From Glaucostegus cemiculus (lineage: Eukaryota), in contig CDPCPM010000050.1 in NCBI GenBank assembly GCA_976551045.1, positions 12,152,001 to 12,216,000 on the forward strand: 64,000 nucleotides of DNA, given 5' to 3'. The position numbers were made by a program, and so were the translations under genes. Shown here piece after piece: positions 46,201 through 56,799 of this stretch; the stretch's first letter is position 1, and each line of letters begins with the position of its first letter. Under the pieces are notes generated by a model that was not told where the DNA came from, searched no databases, and saw nothing but the letters and a program-made list of their open reading frames with translations.

Positions 46201-49200
46201 CCAGCTGTAGTGTAAATATTACCCGACGTTTACATTTAAAGCCTTTTAATATCCCACATTTTTTTTTAAGTCAAAGATCTTCCAACTTATCCAATCTCCT
46301 TCAAAATTTGTCTACATGCTATCTAGTTAGCTCTTAAAATTTTATTCAATTAATCGTAATTCTATGCCCTAAACCTATAACCCTGCAGTATATTCTATAT
46401 TGATAAATGACACAGAAGGAAATGCATTCTAGCAATATACCTGTGATTAGAAGACAAAGAAATAATATTATAATGGTAGAAAAGGTTTTCTGGAATCCGG
46501 TAAGGATGCAAGAAATGCTGCACTTTTCAGTTCCATAGTAGATCTGATCATCTGTTTAATTGAAGAAAGTGAAACTTAAGTAATCTTTAAACACAGATTT
46601 TCCTGCTAGAAACTTAGTTTGAGGGTGATTTTAAAGATTAACTGCATACTCAATAGTTAAACAAACCTGGTGGTTGCCAAAACATAACAGATTTGTGGTC
46701 TAATTGAGTAGAAATGTGTTTGGAAAAAACACTGAATATCGTTATAATCTGGTTTGTGTCAAAACTATACATGGATTGAAGTAGAAGAAAGGAATTTTCA
46801 GTTAGAATAATCTTTAAATGGCATTTATCAATAATGGTGGATGCAAGCTGTGTAGATGACTGCATGCGACATGTACATTGACCAATAATTTATATTAACA
46901 CCTTTTCTAGATATTTATATAGTGCATTCCCACAAAGCATCTCCCATCCGCAGGTGTCAGAGGGTATTTCTTAATGATCACACACAGCACAGACTAAGAG
47001 GTTGCCAGGATGTTTTTCAGTTATTTTATGCTGGAAGATTTGGTTTGGAAACAGCAAGGCTGCAACCACTGTATTTTTTGGTTCATTCAGTACACAAATA
47101 TTGATAGATAAAGACTTAACTAGTGTCAACTATTCAATTTACTTTTTCAATTATATGGGTATACGAATTCAGCAGAGTACAAATTATTGTGTTAGCTTTA
47201 TTGCACACACTACTGCTACCGGTCATTGCCCATCTGACTGGATCTGAAGGACTGAACTTACTATCTTTATTATTATGTCAGATGCCTCCTGGGTGTTAGA
47301 GTCCAACAGCATTCTGATAGTCTTTAATGGCCTCAGTACCTGCCAAGTACTGTCAAAGAACTTGTGTTTCTAAAATATCTCTGATGTCAGAGACATTTAC
47401 AAAATATTAATAAATGCCATTGACTTAAATCAAATTAAAAACACACTATAATGCCAAAAAATTAAATATTGCAAAATAGGTTAAAAATTGACCTTCAGAA
47501 CTGCCAACTGCAGCCAACAAAATCCAGCCCAATCAATACAGATGAAAATGATTAATGGTCAATTGATTCTGAATGTGTGATTGAACAGGTTAGGAGAGAT
47601 GGATTCCTGGAATATAAAGATACATTTGGATAAAATATTAAGATGTTACTCATTAATACAGAGCACAATGAGTGAAAAATGTTTTATTCTGCCTATATAT
47701 CATGGCAAAAATAAAACAGGAAAGATACAAATCTATAAACTCTCACTTACATCCAAGTTTAAAAAAATAGTTGTTCATTTTAGCAGTCCCTCTCTTCACA
47801 GATGCTGTTTGACTTGCTGAATATTTCCAGCAGTTTGTTTATATTTAATAAAGATACCTTATATTTTTATTCCTCAAAGTATTGATGTAATTATCAATCC
47901 AATCTATCCCCAAACCCAGTTTTTACCCAGAGGTCAGAGACAGTAAAGTAAGTTTAAAAACAACTTTTAGCATTTGCTCGGCCGACCATCAGCATCAATT
48001 TTTAAAACAATAAAAATAATAGGAAATGTTTTGCTGCATAGGACTATTAATTTGAGGTTTTATTTTGTCAGACTTGAAAACACATAATTTGACATTAATA
48101 ACTTCAGCACCACTACTATTTATAATCACGCCACAAACCTCTAGGTTTTAAAAGGGTAATCTGGACACATCTGAAATGCAATGAAAGCAGCAAATCAAAA
48201 CTACCTTTTGTGCTTCATAATGAGTCCCACCGAAAACTCAACTTTTTTGTGCTTCTCCTCTGTATGCCGTTTCACTTGAACTTCAGCTGTTTGGTTCTTG
48301 CGTGCAATTTGCTCCAAGGTTAGCTGAACCAAGTGTCCCACCACACCATGCTGCAAGGGATCCACTGCCTGTATGTGCTGAAGAATGTCCAATACCTATG
48401 TAAAAGAAAGCAGTTCAATAGAGTGAGTTTATTGATACTCTTAAAAAAAAAGAGTTCTACAACAATCACAGAGATCCAAATATAGTACGTGGTAAGGTAT
48501 CTGGGCAGCTTAAACCATGGATACTTACAAATTCCAAACCACGAATAGCATTCCATGTACCAGGCCCTCTCTCAGATCTAAACAGCTTTGCAACAGGCTA
48601 ACTGGATCTTGTCCTGGTGCTTTACAATATGGCTGCACTAGTTCTGAATGTAGTTATGATGTGGCTTCATAGAATTATACAGCACAAGATGTGAATCAGC
48701 ACATTATACTTGCTTTCAAAGAACCACCAGTTAATCCCACTCACTCTTTCCCCCTGGCCTTGCATATTTTGAGTTCCAGCTCTATTTACAAATGTAAATG
48801 GAATAAATGTTACTTGCCATTTATCAGTCTATGGCTGAATGTCGTCAAGGTGTGGCTGCACGCAGGCTTGGGCAGCTTCATTTGTTAGAATTGGAAATGG
48901 AATTGAACACTGTGCAAATCACTGAATATTGCCACATCTGACCTAATGATGGATGAAAGGTTATTGCTGAGGCAGCTGAAAATGACTGGGCCTGGGATAC
49001 CTCCCTGAGGAACTCTTGCAGTGATGATTGACTTCTAATATCAATCATTGTACAAGTCATGACTCTATCTAGTAAACTAATTTTTTTCCCTTTAGTACAC
49101 ACCAACTTCAGGCTTGATACCAAACTTGGTCAATGCTGCCTTGATGTCAAAAGCAATAACTCTTACCTCTCTTATGGAATTGAAGTCATTTGTTCCATGT

Positions 49201-52200
49201 TTGGACCAAGGCTGTGATGAGATCTGGAGTCAAGTAGTCCTCCATTCCCCATCAGCAACCAGATGCAAGTCTAATTGGATCAATTACCTTTTCTGGATTG
49301 ATCCCCAGATGAAAGTAAAGTCTGGCCTGAAGCATCAAGTATTGAACATCATCAGGAGCCAAGGTAAGATACAAATCAAGTGCATTCCGTAGTAATTGGT
49401 AAGACTGGTCACTGTCCTCTCTGTAAACCACAACACAATTAATTTAGACAATGTGCAACAGAACATTTTTCTATAACTGGTTCTTTACTTCTACATTTGT
49501 GTTTCTTACTTTGATGGTAAATGGATTAAAAAAAAAATATAAAGTCTGGAATGCGTACTCACATGGTGCTTTTTACCCAGAACTTCCCAAACACATCATT
49601 GCTAATTATATACAGTCCAAAATGTTGTCAATGTTATTACAAGGTGCACATAAGATCCCAAAACACAGCAAACAAAAAAAACTATTTGCCTAGGCATTTG
49701 AGTCAGGGAAAAGAGTTGGCCAGAATACTAATGAAACTTGCCGACCTTCTTCAAGTATCACCCTGGTATCTTTTCTATTGACTCATGCAAGACGAGGCTC
49801 CAGTTTAATGCCTTATTCAATAGCTGGTGCTTTATTTTTGCAGCACTCTTTGTACTAAAAAAGATCTGCCAGATTATCTACACAGGTCATGGTGCATAGC
49901 TTTGGATCATTTGAGAAAAAAAATACTTTACTGCTCGAGAAATTGGCAATAATGTTTCCTACAATGCTACAGAAATTTCATAACCTAAGATGGACTGAAC
50001 TAATATCTCCTCTAGTAATGTTACTTAATTTCTCTGGAGTAACGCAGACAGATAGAGAGTCATATTTAGCAATTTTCCAAACATGTAAACAAGTTGAGAC
50101 AGGAATCAAGTCATTATTTTCTAAACACTGTCAAGATTTTAAAATAACTGCAGTATTTTAGAGTTATAATAATTAAATATTGTTCAGATTTAAAATGATG
50201 TGATGTGCATTTTGAAGCCATCCTTTCTCTTCCCCTATGATTTCATAACCAATAAGCATGTTCAAAACCATACAAGTCCTACATCCCTATAGACAAGCAG
50301 ACCTCCTCCTCCGAAACAACTTCCACTATTATTTTTGTAGTGAAATCAGGAATCATACAAGAGTATCAAAGCTGAAATAAACTATTTGATTTCCTAGTGA
50401 TTAGTTGTCAGCATGAATAATCCATTATTTTCTAAGTGAAAATATGGTTCTGGACAAATGACACCCAAGTATTTGGAAATGCTTGGGGTATACCCATTCA
50501 CTTCTTACCTCTTTCCCAGGTGGAATAGGTTTGTTACCATACGGAAAAGCACATCCTTTATCGTTACAGAACTGTAAAAATTAGCTGCAACTTTCTGACC
50601 AATTAGATGCTCACATTCCTTTGCTGTGCATCGTTTCCCATTGTCAAAGGCATCAATGTAAATATAGTCCAACATATCAGTACTCCTAAGAAAAACAAGA
50701 GAATATAAAAAGATTCAGTTACAGATATGCTAACCCAGAGATATAGAAAGGGTTACATAATGGCAAATAATTTAACAGTAAGAAAGGAATCAAAGTAATT
50801 GGCCAATTTCTGGGGGAAGTCCTTGTCTTTTGTAACAAACTAAAATATTAACCATCTTGGACAAGTTTTATTAGACCAATGAAACTTGCCGACCTTCTTC
50901 AAGTAACACCCTGGTATCTTTTCCATTGACTCATGCAAGACGAGGCTTCAGTTTAATGCCCTATTCAATAGCAAGTGCTTTATTTATGCAGCACTCCTTG
51001 TACTAGCTCCTGTATTGCAAAAGGATGACAATCCCATGAGGGTGTGCTCATTTCATCTGGTAATTTTGTTTACTGCATTTATTCAAGACATTGTGTTCAG
51101 TTTTAAAAGTGGGTAAGGTTCAAAAGCCTCATTATCAAAATATACAACTATACATTAGTTCAACTTCAAGAGAGTTACCAAAGTACTACTAGCTCTTCTT
51201 CTGTCCCACCGGGTACCCAAATATCCCTGACCATTGCTACACAAACAAAGATGCCTATCTATCCATCCCCTGCCCATACTTTGGTAAATCAGACCACCAA
51301 GCTGTGCTCCTTCTCGCTGCGTACAAACAGAAACTGGAACATGAGGATCCAGTACAGTGCTGGTCTGAGGAAATAGATGAGCTTCTACTGCTTTGAGTTG
51401 GTAGACTAGTCCACATTCTAAGATTCAGCAGCCAATCTAATTGAGTACATCACCACCATCACAGACTTTATCAGCAAGTGTGTAGAGGACTGTGTACCAA
51501 AGAGGTCAATCTGAGTGTTCCAAAACCAGAAATCATGGTTGAATCAAGAGATCCACTCCCTACTGAAGTCCAGGTCTGTGGTGTTCAATTTGGGTGATGC
51601 TGGCCTATACAAGAAATTGAGGTACGACCTTTGTAAAGCTATCAGAGATGCCAGGGGACAATACCAGTCCAATAATCAAGTCGCAGACCAGCTGTCAATT
51701 GTTCCAGGGCTTACATGCTATAATGGGCTACAGAACAGTCAAGCAGCATCGCCAACAACAGACATTCCTCTCCGATGAGCCTAACACATTCTATGCACGC
51801 TTTGAACAGAAGGGAAATGTAATGTTACCACCCGCCCTGACAGCCCTCAAGACACCTGTAACCCACAGTCACCGTTGCAGACACAAGGTCAGTCTTCCCA
51901 AGAGTGGAAAGCATCTGGCCTGGATGAAGTCCCCAGCTGTGTTCCTAGATCCTGCACAGATCAGCTGGCAGGGTACTTGCAGACATTTTTAACCTCTTCC
52001 TACTTCAATCCAGGGTTCTGCTTCAAGAAGACTGCCATCATCCCGGTACCAAAAACAAAAACAAGGTAACATGCCTTGATGATAAGATAAGCACATGGAA
52101 GAATGTGGAATAGTAGGATATGAGGGTGGAAAGAGTTAGTTTGGGAGATGTTTGTAGGATGGCACAGCTTGATGGGCCGAAGGGCCTGTTCTGTGCTGTA

Positions 52201-55200
52201 TTGTTCTATGTTCTATGACTATTGCCTGGTGGCTCTGACAACCACCATCATGAAGTGCTTCCAGAGGCTAGTCATGGCACACATAACTTCAGCCTCCCAG
52301 ACAACCTTGACCACTGTAATTCACCTACCGCTGAACAGGTCCACAGCAGACACCATCTTCCTGGCCCTACACTGATCTCTGGAGTATCTGGATACCAAAA
52401 GCACCTACATCACACTAACAATTATTGACTACAGGTCCACCTTCAATACCAATTTCCAAACAAACTCATCTCCAAACTCCTAGACCTGTGACTTAACATC
52501 TCCCTTTGCAACTGGATCCTTGACTTTCTGACCAGACTGCAGTGAGGCTAGGCAGTTCACCATGATCATCCTCAACAATGGTGCCCCAAAAGGCTATGTT
52601 CTCACACCTCCCCCCACCCCAACTTTACTCCCTATACACTCATAACTGTGTAGCCTGCTCTAACTTCATAGATGACACCACCATAGTGGGCTGTATCTCA
52701 AAGACTCATGAGTTGGAGTGCAGGAAGGCCTGGTGGCATGGTGTCATGACAACAATCTTTCCCTCAATGTCAGCAAAAGAGCTTGTCATCAACTTCAGGA
52801 AGCAGGGTGGTGCACAAGCCCATTAACATCTGAGGTGGCGATGGTTCAGAGCTTCAAGTTCTTAGGAGTGAACATCACCAACAGTTTGTCCTGGTCCAAC
52901 CACATAGACACCACAGCTAAGAGGGTGCATCAGCACCTCTACTTTCTCAGGAGGCTAAGGAAATTCAGCATGTACCTGTTGATCCTCACCAATTTTTAGT
53001 CAATGCACCACAGAAAGCATCTTATGCAGATGTATCACAGCTTGGTATGGCAACTGCTCTGCCCAAGACACAAGAAACTGCAGAGAATTATGGACATAGC
53101 TCAGCACATCACAAAAACCAGCCTTCCCACCTGGGACTCTGATTGTGCTGGCTGCTTTTCCGAGGCAGCACAAAGTGTAGGCAAAGACCCCATCCACCCT
53201 GGACATTCTCTTTTCATCTCTCCCATCAAGCAGAAAATACAAAAGCTTGAAAGCACATATCACCAGGCTTGAGGACAGCTTCTATTCTACTGTCATAAGA
53301 CTACAGAATAGACATCTTGAATGACAGGATGGACTTCACAATCTGCCTCATCATGGCTTTGAACCTTGTCTGCCTGCATTGCACTCTCTCTGTAACTGTA
53401 ACACAATGTTCTGCATTCGGTTATTACTTTTCCCTTGTACTACCTCAATGTACTGATGTAGTGAAATATCTGTATGGATGGCATGCAAAACAAGATTTTT
53501 CACTATACCTCAGTACATATGACAATAATTAAACAATTATTACCTATTAAAGCATTATTAGACAAAAATGGATGCCAAACTACAGGAGAAAATTAGAAGT
53601 GACATGGCATTTAAGGCCATTTCTTCAGGAGAGAAATGAAAAGGTAGCCTGCTCACAGAGGTAATTCCCGAGTGCAGAGCTTGGATGTCTTAGGATTTGA
53701 GGAGCAATTGATTGAGGATGCTTCAAAAGCCAGAATGAGAGTGCTGCTGGAGGATGTTAGCTTCTTCTATAATAAAACAAATGAAATCAAATCATGCTTC
53801 AAAAACATTTAGACATTATTACCCTACAGGTTTCTGGCACCATCTTAAGAGAAAGTGACCAGGAAAGCTAACTGGCTCCAGTCGTACACCCAGGTTCTTG
53901 CCGATCGTTGAATATATCACGCAAAGTGTGATGGGAATTCCTTTTTTTTGTCCAAGGACCTTGATGCAAAAGGAAACAGAAATAATTATGTTAAGTGCTT
54001 ATTTCACAATTATGCAAATCATAGAAATAATGATTTTGATTTATTTCACAATTAGACAAAGCTTCATCTTAAATGTCATAGACCTGGTGTATGTAGGAAT
54101 TCATGGGATTGTAATAATCATCTTCATTTCCTTTGAATTTCAGTTGCTTGTATAAGACACAGTTCATAATATCCAGAACCTGTTCCTGAAGTTCTAAATC
54201 AATAAACACGTCATCTGAAATATGAACCAAGGAAAAGTTGTTCAAATCAAATTACACAAATTATGTATCAATAACAATGCAGAGAAACTAAAAATTCATG
54301 TTAATTTTTCATATATTAGAACATGTATGGATTAAGAAAAATCAAGGTGCTTTGCATTTCAAAAATATATTCTTTTCCCATCCACCAGAGTACCTCTGTT
54401 ACCAGTGGAATCCTTTCAATTCAGCTGCTCAGAAACAGATGTACACAAGGAAGTGTGGTTTCCAAAAGGTCGTGTTCACAGAAACTGTTTCTAAAATGTG
54501 CAAGATTTTGGTCATGACTGTTTACATAAAGCCATCTGGAGTATGTGAGTTCTAATGTTAATCCAGGATACAACCTTGTTTCTCCAAATGCAAGCCTATG
54601 GTGTGTCTGACACTGGATCCTTGAAGATTGACTCAAAGTTAAAATTAGCCAAAGAATTGAGATTACTTTTTAAAGATAAACTCCATGGCAGAAACCAAAT
54701 GTGCAATTAAATAATCTACCTCTTTCTGCAGTTATACTTGGATGAGATGATTTTGTTAAACGCAGTACTTTTTTCACCTCTTCTGTTATATGGTTCAGCT
54801 GTAGCAGAATATTCTCCAGAGAGGTGTCTGCCAAAGGATTGCAGTACTGGTCAATGAGGACAACGCCTGATAAGACAAATGAAACTTTAAGCTGACATTC
54901 ACAATTAGACATTGTGCAATGATTACTTTTTTTAATGTATTACCTACTACTAACATTGCAAGAGCCCTAAGCACAGGCTAGCTGCTTGTTCCATCATCAA
55001 TGAATGGTGCATTTAAAATGACAATTTAAAATAGATACTTTACATGAAATAGAGCTTGAGCTGCACATCTTAATAATTTCTCAAATCATTGTCTTTCTAA
55101 TTGTTGAAAAATCAAATGCATCTGTATAAACATCTGAGGAATGTGGTTATTTATACAATTTTAAGAAAAATTCATTTACCTTCTATTAACTTTTGCTGTT

Positions 55201-56799
55201 CTGGAGGAGATGAAAGAAACTCCTTCAATTTTTCCATTATATTCTGTTGACGTAGAAAACACAATATCTTCCGAGAATAATATTTCCACGTCAGGTACTT
55301 CCTGCATTATTAAATGGTATTATTTGTAAGCATCCAACACTTCTTTATCTTTTAACATGCAAGAAGGAACTTAGCTTTCTAGACTAAAGTACAATTTAAA
55401 ATTTCTTGTTTTTTAAAATAAGTAATATTATTTACGCACCTTCCATCCATGTTTAGGATGGATAACAATTCATCTTCAATAAAATGAAAAGGACCACCTA
55501 AAGCCTCAATGTCTTTAAAGCCATCAACAGGAACCTGCCAACAACAGATTTGGTTACAACCAATGCCATATGAGCGCCATCTGCTGGCAATTACTTTTTA
55601 AAATTGTTCAACAATTATAAACTTAAACATAGTAATTGTTTAATTAATTTTGTTCTGTACCCATTCACAGATGAGCACCATTTTGCAGACAACATGGTTA
55701 TTGGTAGCATGTGTTCTTGATGCATATTTTCAGCAAAATAGTTTCCTCTAGATAAACTATATTGCTCAGTTAAAACACACAAAAAATGCTGGAGGAACTC
55801 AGCAGGTCAGGCAGCACCTATGGAGGGAAATGAACAGTCGATGCTTCGGCACAAGACCCTTCCAGCAGCTGCAGTTTTTCTTCTGTCTCCGTATTGCTTA
55901 GTTACATGTTCAGTTTATTTTCTGTTTACATAACCATTACCTTCTTTCTATAAACAGATAATTTATAATTGAAAATGGCCTCAACCCTAGAGAAAGCAAT
56001 GTATTAGGGTAGACACTGATGTAAGCACTTCCAATTATTCCAAAACATTTTGCTACATGTTTAATAAGATTTAAATTTTAATTTTCACAATACCTATCAG
56101 ATGTATCATCATGCAAGGCACCACTGTCCCATGAAACTACTTAAGAATGTTTCAACCTTGTTGAAATGCTTTTCCGTTACCTTAGAAAGCTGGTGTCATG
56201 AACTTTCCTGTTCCAAGTAATTAAAATGGTGATGTTGAATCGTGGAATTGACTGATTTCTATCAAGACTAAAATGAATATTTACAATTCTGTAACCATAT
56301 TATAATTTGTAACACAATTACAAGATGGATTTGCATGTAATAAGGAGAGTTACGTCTGAATAATGCTTTGGGAACATGCATCACAAGAGCTATAGCAGCA
56401 GTTTACTTGAGATGTTAAAAATCACCATCAACAAAAGAATCCGACAGCAGATTTTCCTAGCTCAAGGTATGTAGCAACTGCAATCAGTAACATTCAGGCT
56501 ATTTTGCTATTACATTCAAGTGCAGGAATTGTAGGACAATAATACTATATTCAACAACATGATATACAGCACAACCTTTCACAGATTAACACACTGTTAC
56601 ATGCAAGGCTCAGATTCTATGTTCGATGGTACAAGCTTATTCATTCACCATTACAATTCTAACCTCTTTTGTGAAAAATCGCTTTGAAAAGGAGTCCACA
56701 ATTTTCCGCAATTTCCAGCCAATAGTATGTCGAGTTCTGTATTCTTCCCACCAGTTATGATTTCCTGTCGTACTGTAGTACTTTGTTAGTCTTGGCCAC
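40118..56799 (-). CDS. FBXO21: F-box only protein 21-like, coding exons 2-12 (5'-partial; transglutaminase-like core and C-terminal YccV/hemimethylated-DNA-binding-like domain)
   Basis: Eleven GT-AG exons with consistent phases (1600 nt in total). They encode LTWKYY, IDQYCNPL, GIPI..LEPV.FP.HFLLRWCQ, YIDAF, QARLYFHLGI, GLIMKHKRYGY.CVIYGWDP, QPFYNVLV.DGSCRYAAQENL and VGRYFSEF.GTHY, as in FBXO21. The F-box exon 1 was not found in the window. Confidence 0.94.
41106..41263 (-). CDS. FBXO21: FBXO21-like exon 11 (YGYDCVIYGWDP...QPFYNVLVQDGSCRYAAQ), YccV-like domain
   Basis: aatttag| acceptor, |gtaagt donor, 158 nt. Confidence 0.95.
41590..42100 (-). mobile_element. CR1 LINE 3' fragment
   Basis: EAVQKGFTRL...L.LYPLEFRRM. 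Confidence 0.72.
42330..44590 (+). mobile_element. Scattered RTE LINE fragments
   Basis: CDTDHALV at ~42480; PESQSGFRADKTTINMI at ~44085. Confidence 0.55.
43684..43770. repeat. 43/44-bp tandem duplication
   Basis: tcaagtagtactaaaacttggtttag(g)agtctctttgtgcaaca x2. Confidence 0.93.
48205..48395 (-). CDS. FBXO21: FBXO21-like exon 10 (VLDILQHIQAVDP...FSVGLIMKHKR)
   Basis: tacatag| acceptor, |gtagtt donor, 191 nt. Confidence 0.94.
49288..49420 (-). CDS. FBXO21: FBXO21-like exon 9 (EDSDQSYQLLRNALDLYL...QARLYFHLGINPEK)
   Basis: tttacag| acceptor, |gtaatt donor, 133 nt. Confidence 0.93.
49730..51005. repeat. 128-bp direct repeat pair (49730-49857 and 50878-51005)
   Basis: Ungapped alignment by eye, 8 mismatches in 128 bp. 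Confidence 0.92.
50509..50685 (-). CDS. FBXO21: FBXO21-like exon 8 (DYIYIDAFDNGK...RMVTNLFHLGKR)
   Basis: ttcttag| acceptor, |gtaaga donor, 177 nt. Confidence 0.93.
51120..53540 (+). mobile_element. Decayed Rex1/Babar-type LINE ORF2 (APE end, RT, 3' tail)
   Basis: [62 protein letters not shown], tail cagtacatatgacaataa; many frameshifts. Confidence 0.85.
52083..52214 (+). mobile_element. CR1 3' end nested in the Rex1 LINE
   Basis: gggccgaagggcctgttctgtgctgtattgttctatgttct tail interrupts the CL.D|Y..VAL coding stretch and is flanked by an atga duplication. Confidence 0.7.
53823..53959 (-). CDS. FBXO21: FBXO21-like exon 7 (VLGQKKGIPITLCVIY...LEPVSFPGHFLLRWCQ)
   Basis: catcaag| acceptor, |gtaata donor, 137 nt. 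Confidence 0.93.
54084..54214 (-). CDS. FBXO21: FBXO21-like exon 6 (QVLDIMNCVLYKQLKFKGNEDDYYNPMNSYIHQ)
   Basis: atttcag| acceptor, |gtctat donor, 131 nt. Confidence 0.92.
54720..54866 (-). CDS. FBXO21: FBXO21-like exon 5 (GVVLIDQYCNPLADTSL...HPSITAER)
   Basis: ttatcag| acceptor, |gtagat donor, 147 nt. Confidence 0.92.
55180..55301 (-). CDS. FBXO21: FBXO21-like exon 4 (KYLTWKYYSRKILCFLRQQ...)
   Basis: aatgcag| acceptor, |gtaaat donor, 122 nt. Confidence 0.92.
55440..55534 (-). CDS. FBXO21: FBXO21-like exon 3 (VPVDGFKDIEALGGPFHFIEDELLSILNMDGR)
   Basis: ttggcag| acceptor, |gtgcgt donor, 95 nt. Confidence 0.91.
55572..55590 (-). promoter_or_regulatory. Putative CTCF binding site
   Basis: Minus strand TTGCCAGCAGATGGCGCTC closely matches the CTCF core CCASYAGRKGGCRS. 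Confidence 0.6.
56664..56799 (-). CDS. FBXO21: FBXO21-like exon 2 (WPRLTKYYS...NWWEEYR...IVDSFSKRFFTKE)
   Basis: tttgcag| acceptor, |gttaga donor, 136 nt. Confidence 0.9.
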
